Shown piece after piece: positions 58,878 to 64,000 of a stretch of DNA of 64,000 nt. The first letter of the stretch is position 1. The number at the start of each line of letters is the position of its first letter. Source of the stretch: Coprothermobacterota bacterium. Its GTDB lineage: Bacteria > Coprothermobacterota > HKB111. The stretch is taken from NCBI GenBank assembly GCA_037440465.1, contig JBBIUB010000005.1:1-64000 (forward strand), in the 5' to 3' direction. The notes beneath the pieces were generated by a model. It was not told where the DNA came from and searched no databases. It was given only the letters and a program-made list of their open reading frames with translations. The position numbers were made by a program, and so were the translations under genes.

Positions 58878-61254
58878 TAAGCCACCTCTTAAAAACTAGA
58901 TGGGTAATGGGAGAGTTCTTAATCTTCTGGCTATCAGGACGAACACCTTTATGAGTTCTTCGGGTAAGTCTAACTTCTGAAGTATTACACCTTAATACCT
59001 TACCACTTTTAGTGAAAAGAGTAAATTCCTCTCCTTCAGGAGAAACTCCCATAATAATCAATATCTTACCTGTTCTTGGAGAAGTCTTCTGAAGAGCAAC
59101 CCCTTTACCCCTGATACCTCTTAAGGGTATCTCCTCTCTATCCATCAATTTGAGAAATCCTTTATTTGTTGCAGAAAAAACCAGTTCTCCTGGTTTCAGG
59201 ATACCGATGCTGGGGGTTGTCGCTCCCTTCATGCCACCCACTCCTTGAGCTCTTAAGCCCTTAAGTGGAATTTTACCCCCTGAAAATCTGAAACCCCTTC
59301 CTTCCTCACTATAACTAACAAGCTCATCTTCAAGGTTAACTTCGAGCACTTTTGCTAGTTCTTCAGAAGGGGCAAGACCCATAACTTTGGTGCCCCGTTT
59401 ACTCAATTTCATTAATTTTGATACTGAAGTTGCTTTTAACCTACCTGTATTGGAGAAGAAAACAACCCTATCCGAATTCCCTCTAGTCATTGCTACCACT
59501 CTTTCTCCCTCTTCTAACCCTAAAAATCCATGAAGGCTTAGACCTCTATTACCCTTACACACATCAGGAAGCATATAAGGTAAAAACTTGAAACCTTTAC
59601 CAAGGTTGGTAAAAAGATAAATGGGCGTTTTTGTTCTACTTGTAAGTACCACACCATCTCCCAGCTCTTCCTCAATAGTTGAAAGGGTTATAGTATTTCT
59701 GGATGAAAGAATAATCTGTTTAAGATGTCCCTGTTTAGTAACCAGGAATATGACTGGTTCATCTGCAATTAAATCTACATCAGCTACTTCTTCTCCCTCA
59801 TCTATAATTGTAGTCAGACGTGGGGCTGCAAATCTTCTTTCTAAATCTTTTAGCTCAACTTTTATCTCCTCTATTACTAAAGCTGGATCCTCCAGAAGCT
59901 TCTGGAGATAGTTTATTCTATTCATCATCTCCTGAATATCTATAAGTAATTTGTCCTTCTCCAGGTGGGTTAGTCTTTCCAGACGGATGTCCAAAATTGC
60001 TTGAGCCTGTTCTGGAGATAATGAAAATCTGGTAACAAGTTTCTCTTTTGCCTCATCAGGAGTTTGAGAGCTTCTAATTAACACTATGACTTCGTCAATA
60101 TTTAAAAGTGCTACCAGGATGCCATCAAGAAGATGTTTTCTATTGAGAAGTTTTTTAAGCTCAAACTTGGAACGTCTCATAACAACCTCTTTACGGTGGT
60201 TAAGGTAGTGAACAAGAAAATCTTTTATACTAAGAAGTTTTGGTAATCCATCAACCAGAGCCAACATAATAACACTATAGGAAGTTGATAGTGGGGTATG
60301 TTTGAAAAGTTGTCTTTTAAGAAGAGCTGTATTAACATCTTTTTTAGTCTCTATTACTACCCTGATACCTCTCTTATCAGATTCATCTCGCACTTCCGTA
60401 GCTCCACTTAGTTTCTTGTCTTTTATCAATTCCGCAATTCTTGAAACCAGTTGAGATTTATTAGTCTGATAAGGAACTTCTGTGATAATAAGAGCCGTTC
60501 TATCTTTATGTTTCTCTTCTTCTATTTTACCCCTCAAAACAAGCGTCCCCTTACCTTTTTTGTAAGATTCCTGTATTTTACTGCGGTCTATAATTGTGCC
60601 ACCTGTAGGAAAATCAGGGCCCAGGATTATGGAACTTAATTCTTCAATAGTTATATCTTCATTATCAAGAAGAACTATTGAAGCTTGTACTACTTCAGCA
60701 AGATTGTGGGGAGGAATAGAAGTTGCCATTCCCACTGCAATTCCATAAGAACCATTAATCAAAAGATTAGGAAAACGAGATGGAAGAACAGTAGGTTCTA
60801 TTAAAGTACCATCAAAGTTGGGAATGAATTCAACAGTATCTTGCTCTATATCCTTGAGCATCTCAACTGCAGCATAAGAAAGACGAGCCTCTGTGTATCG
60901 CATGGCTGCTGCAGCATCTCCATCTATGGAACCAAAGTTACCATGACCATCAACAAGAGGCTCTCTGTAGGAAAAAGATTGAGCCATACGAGTCAGTGCA
61001 TCATAAACTGCTGTATCTCCATGAGGATGAAACTTACCAAGCACTTCTCCAACTACACGAGCACACTTTTTGTATGGCTTATCTGGTGTATTCCCCAGCT
61101 CTTCCATAGCAAACATAATCCGTCTTTGAACAGGCTTTAACCCATCCCTTACATCGGGGAGAGCACGACCTACTATAACACTCATAGCATAATCAAGATA
61201 AGCACCTTCTATCTCTGACTCTAAAGATACATCTTTTATGTCTTTAACTTCCAT
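58867..61254 (-). CDS. parC: Type IIA topoisomerase subunit A, probably topoisomerase IV (no GyrA-box)
   Basis: [17 protein letters not shown], catalytic AAMRYT; degenerate CTD lacking QRRGGKG and the acidic tail. Confidence 0.75.
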   Translation of the reverse strand: MEVKDIKDVSLESEIEGAYLDYAMSVIVGRALPDVRDGLKPVQRRIMFAMEELGNTPDKPYKKCARVVGEVLGKFHPHGDTAVYDALTRMAQSFSYREPLVDGHGNFGSIDGDAAAAMRYTEARLSYAAVEMLKDIEQDTVEFIPNFDGTLIEPTVLPSRFPNLLINGSYGIAVGMATSIPPHNLAEVVQASIVLLDNEDITIEELSSIILGPDFPTGGTIIDRSKIQESYKKGKGTLVLRGKIEEEKHKDRTALIITEVPYQTNKSQLVSRIAELIKDKKLSGATEVRDESDKRGIRVVIETKKDVNTALLKRQLFKHTPLSTSYSVIMLALVDGLPKLLSIKDFLVHYLNHRKEVVMRRSKFELKKLLNRKHLLDGILVALLNIDEVIVLIRSSQTPDEAKEKLVTRFSLSPEQAQAILDIRLERLTHLEKDKLLIDIQEMMNRINYLQKLLEDPALVIEEIKVELKDLERRFAAPRLTTIIDEGEEVADVDLIADEPVIFLVTKQGHLKQIILSSRNTITLSTIEEELGDGVVLTSRTKTPIYLFTNLGKGFKFLPYMLPDVCKGNRGLSLHGFLGLEEGERVVAMTRGNSDRVVFFSNTGRLKATSVSKLMKLSKRGTKVMGLAPSEELAKVLEVNLEDELVSYSEEGRGFRFSGGKIPLKGLRAQGVGGMKGATTPSIGILKPGELVFSATNKGFLKLMDREEIPLRGIRGKGVALQKTSPRTGKILIIMGVSPEGEEFTLFTKSGKVLRCNTSEVRLTRRTHKGVRPDSQKIKNSPITHLVFKRWLNAL

Positions 61255-61263
61255 AACTTCTCC

Positions 61264-63156
61264 TTATATATCCAGGTTCTTTACCTTAAAAGCGTTAAGT
61301 TCTATGAATTCCCGTCGGGGTTCAACCTTTTCTCCCATAAGGATGTTGAAAATCTCATCTGCTCTGCTTGCGTCCTCAATATTTACTCTAAGAAGAGTCC
61401 TTTTAGATGGGTCCATAGCGGTTACCCATAATTCTTCTGCACTCATCTCGCCTAAGCCTTTAAACCTCTGTATTTCAATATTTCCATCGTATTTTTTACT
61501 CAGCTCTACCAATTCATCATCATTATATAGATAAAAGGTCTGTTTTCCTTTTATCACTTTATAAAGGGGTGGCTGGGCTACATAGATATAACCCTCTTCG
61601 ATAAGCTGACGAAGGTACCTGTAGAAAAGAGTGAGAATAAGAGTCTTTATATGAGAACCATCTACATCAGCATCGGTCATAATTACTACCTTGTGGTAGC
61701 GTAAGCTCGCCACATTTAATCTATCCCCCACCCCCACTCCAAGAGAAGCTAATATTGATTGAATCTCTGCATTGTTCAGTACTTTATTAATATTTGTTTT
61801 TTCAACATTCAGTATCTTTCCTTTTAATGGTAGTATAGCTTGAAACATTCTATCCCTGGCTTGTTTGGCTGAGCCACCTGCTGATTCACCTTCCACGATG
61901 AATATTTCTCTTGCTTTCGGGTCTTTTTCACTGCATTCTGCCAGTTTACCAGGTAGAGTCCCAGACTCCAGCATAACCTTCTTACGGGTCAATTCACGGG
62001 CATTCTTCGCTGCTTCTCTTCCCTTCATAGCCAGAAGAGTTCTTTCTATAATCCTTCTACCAGCTTCGGGATTACGCTCCAGAAAAAGGAGTAGATCTTC
62101 ATATACTATCTTCTCTACTATACCTCTTACTTTAACATTTCCCAGCTTTGTTTTGGTCTGACCTTCAAACTCTGGTTCAGCAAGACGGAGAGAAATAATG
62201 GCATAAAGACCTTCCCTAACATCGTCTCCTGTTAGAACTTCTTCTCCTATGATTTTATGTGAACGACCATAGAATGAAAGTGCCTTAAGAATAGCACTTT
62301 TGAAACCGGTAAGATGAGTCCCTCCTTCCTGAGTATTAATGGAGTTAGCAAAACTGAGAATCTTGCTTTCTATACCTTCAGTGAAAAGAAGAGACGCCTC
62401 CACTAGAGTATTATCCTCTCCTCCAGAAATGAAGATGGGTTCATTGTAGAGAGGTTTGATGGTAGAAGGTGCTAATACATTCAGAAAAGAGACTATGCCA
62501 CCCTCAAAGATAAACCTTTCTTCAGTTTCTCTAACTTCATCTCTGAGGATAATAAGAACACCTTTATTTAAATAGGCTAATTCTTCAACCCTGTCTCTTA
62601 TAGAATCATAATCAAATTCAACTTTTTCAAATATTTCTGGGTCGGGTTTAAACCTGATTCTCGTTCCATTTCTTAAAGATGATCCAATCACCTCCACTCC
62701 GGTAACAGCTATGCCACGCTCGTACTTCTGGCGGTAAGCCTGATCATCTCTCTCCACTTCTACAACTAACCATTCAGAAAGAGCGTTAACCACGGAAACA
62801 CCTACCCCGTGAAGACCACCAGATACACGATATACCTTACCGTTAAACTTGCCACCAGCATGAAGTTTGGTCAATACTACTTCGAGAGCAGAGATACCCA
62901 GATGTGGATGTATATCCACAGGGATTCCCCGACCATCGTCAATAACCTCAGCAGTGCTGTCTCTGTGCATGATGATTTGAATCTCTTTGCAGTAACCTGC
63001 CATAGCCTCATCTATTGCATTATCAATCACTTCCAGTAATAAATGATTGAGCCCGGAAGGTCCAGTAGACCCAATATACATTGCAGGTCTTTTCCTTACT
63101 CCCTCCAGGCCCTCCAGCACCAAGATATCATTAGCTGTATAAGTTGCATCAGGCAT
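61264..63156 (-). CDS. parE: Type IIA topoisomerase subunit B (ParE/GyrB)
   Basis: VRKRPAMYIG, EVIDN, LHAGGKF, EGESA, PLKGK, MTDADVDG, QRFKGLGEM; parE rather than gyrB inferred from the partner subunit. Confidence 0.75.
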   Translation of the reverse strand: MPDATYTANDILVLEGLEGVRKRPAMYIGSTGPSGLNHLLLEVIDNAIDEAMAGYCKEIQIIMHRDSTAEVIDDGRGIPVDIHPHLGISALEVVLTKLHAGGKFNGKVYRVSGGLHGVGVSVVNALSEWLVVEVERDDQAYRQKYERGIAVTGVEVIGSSLRNGTRIRFKPDPEIFEKVEFDYDSIRDRVEELAYLNKGVLIILRDEVRETEERFIFEGGIVSFLNVLAPSTIKPLYNEPIFISGGEDNTLVEASLLFTEGIESKILSFANSINTQEGGTHLTGFKSAILKALSFYGRSHKIIGEEVLTGDDVREGLYAIISLRLAEPEFEGQTKTKLGNVKVRGIVEKIVYEDLLLFLERNPEAGRRIIERTLLAMKGREAAKNARELTRKKVMLESGTLPGKLAECSEKDPKAREIFIVEGESAGGSAKQARDRMFQAILPLKGKILNVEKTNINKVLNNAEIQSILASLGVGVGDRLNVASLRYHKVVIMTDADVDGSHIKTLILTLFYRYLRQLIEEGYIYVAQPPLYKVIKGKQTFYLYNDDELVELSKKYDGNIEIQRFKGLGEMSAEELWVTAMDPSKRTLLRVNIEDASRADEIFNILMGEKVEPRREFIELNAFKVKNLDI

Positions 63157-63328
63157 AATAAGTCCTAATCCTCCGTCATGTTTAAATTAATAAATACAAT
63201 AGATTATAACATAAATATAACTATTTTCCAAGCGCTTTTTTCTTGGTTACCATGTGGCTTTTTACTTGATATAAAATAATGAGAATAACATAGATGGTTA
63301 CAGAGAATTATCTGACTTATTAAATAAT

Positions 63329-63691
63329 TCAGAAACGTCCCTGATTATTCTGAGCTAACTCCCAATCTATAAACATTAAATCGGTAATAATTTTAGGGTT
63401 TAAATCCTCCAATCCCACCCTTTCTAAAAGACCGATGGTATCTGAAATAAGAACCAAGCTCAGGGTATCTGGAGCTCCTTCCTCTTCACCTTCTTCAAGA
63501 TACAGAGTCTTAAAAAAAATCCAGGAAGGCTTGATGTTGCCTGTTAGTGGGTGAGTTATTAATTTCCAACCAGAATGTATATAGTCTCTACTTCTCTTAA
63601 GAACCTCAAGAGCTTTGTCCTCAATAAAAACTAAAGTTTCTCCATCGCCAGCAGTAGCAAGGGGGTTATTTGTAATGATTATCTTTCTCAT
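63329..63691 (-). CDS. grdX: GrdX family protein
   Basis: IITNNPL, VL...RD.IH.G..L.THPL.G..KP. Confidence 0.75.
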   Translation of the reverse strand: MRKIIITNNPLATAGDGETLVFIEDKALEVLKRSRDYIHSGWKLITHPLTGNIKPSWIFFKTLYLEEGEEEGAPDTLSLVLISDTIGLLERVGLEDLNPKIITDLMFIDWELAQNNQGRF

Positions 63692-63711
63692 ATTATCAAG
63701 TTTAAAAAATA

Positions 63712-64000
63712 TTATCTAAGTAATCTTAAAAGAAGAGGAACCAGTAGGAGGGAACCACTACCAATAATTTTTATGAGTATATTAATGGAAGGACCAGAAG
63801 TATCTTTAAGAGGGTCTCCTACAGTATCTCCTACCACCGCTGCCTTATGGGACGAAGAACCTTTACCACCATACCGTCCTGATTCAATGTATTTCTTAGC
63901 GTTATCCCAGGCGCCACCAGCATTAGACATAAAAAGAGCCATCAAGAGGCCCACCACCAGTGATGAAGCCAGAACCGCCCCCAGTGCCTCCAAACCAAGA
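63712..64000 (-). CDS. hppA: Membrane-bound H+/Na+-translocating pyrophosphatase (3' part, runs off window edge)
   Basis: [39 protein letters not shown]. Confidence 0.95.
   Translation of the reverse strand, partial: LGLEALGAVLASSLVVGLLMALFMSNAGGAWDNAKKYIESGRYGGKGSSSHKAAVVGDTVGDPLKDTSGPSINILIKIIGSGSLLLVPLLLRLLR

Overview
AT-rich bacterial chromosomal core region, mostly encoded on the minus strand, with no prophage, transposase or CRISPR array. In order it carries: the 5' end of pstS; mnmA; a MATE transporter pseudogene with several deletions; a complete V/A-type ATPase operon (G/H-I-K-E-C-F-A-B-D, Na+-type K subunit) preceded by an rRNA-less tRNA-Ile/tRNA-Ala pair and followed by a gamma-CA-like gene and a CooT-like gene; ftsK, tRNA-Leu, murC/murD/murF; topB; an SH3b plus SpoIID pair; tldD/pmbA; an NCS2 permease; rpsT; the rimP-nusA-infB-rbfA-ribF-rpsO-pnp-rnj-rodZ-rimO-thpR-recA-recX-rny-ymdB superoperon; tRNA-Pro/Arg; an M20 hydrolase; and a type IIA topoisomerase pair (topo IV-like) coupled to archease and RtcB, followed by an archaeal-type SAM synthetase. 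GrdX and the 3' end of a membrane pyrophosphatase close the window. The gene content suggests an anaerobic, possibly thermophilic organism with Na+ bioenergetics (inference). The most unusual signals are: (1) a dispersed intergenic element of inverted octamer arrays (GGRTTCAA/TTGAAYCC), with identical 25-nt and 16-nt spacer geometry at two loci and a nested inverted heptamer array at a third; (2) a 285-nt antisense overlap that gives TopB a Lys-rich tail; (3) atypical active-site motifs in MurC and MurD; (4) a topoisomerase/RNA-repair/archaeal-MAT gene string containing a hidden nitroreductase-like remnant. All product calls come from motif recognition; no database searches were run.
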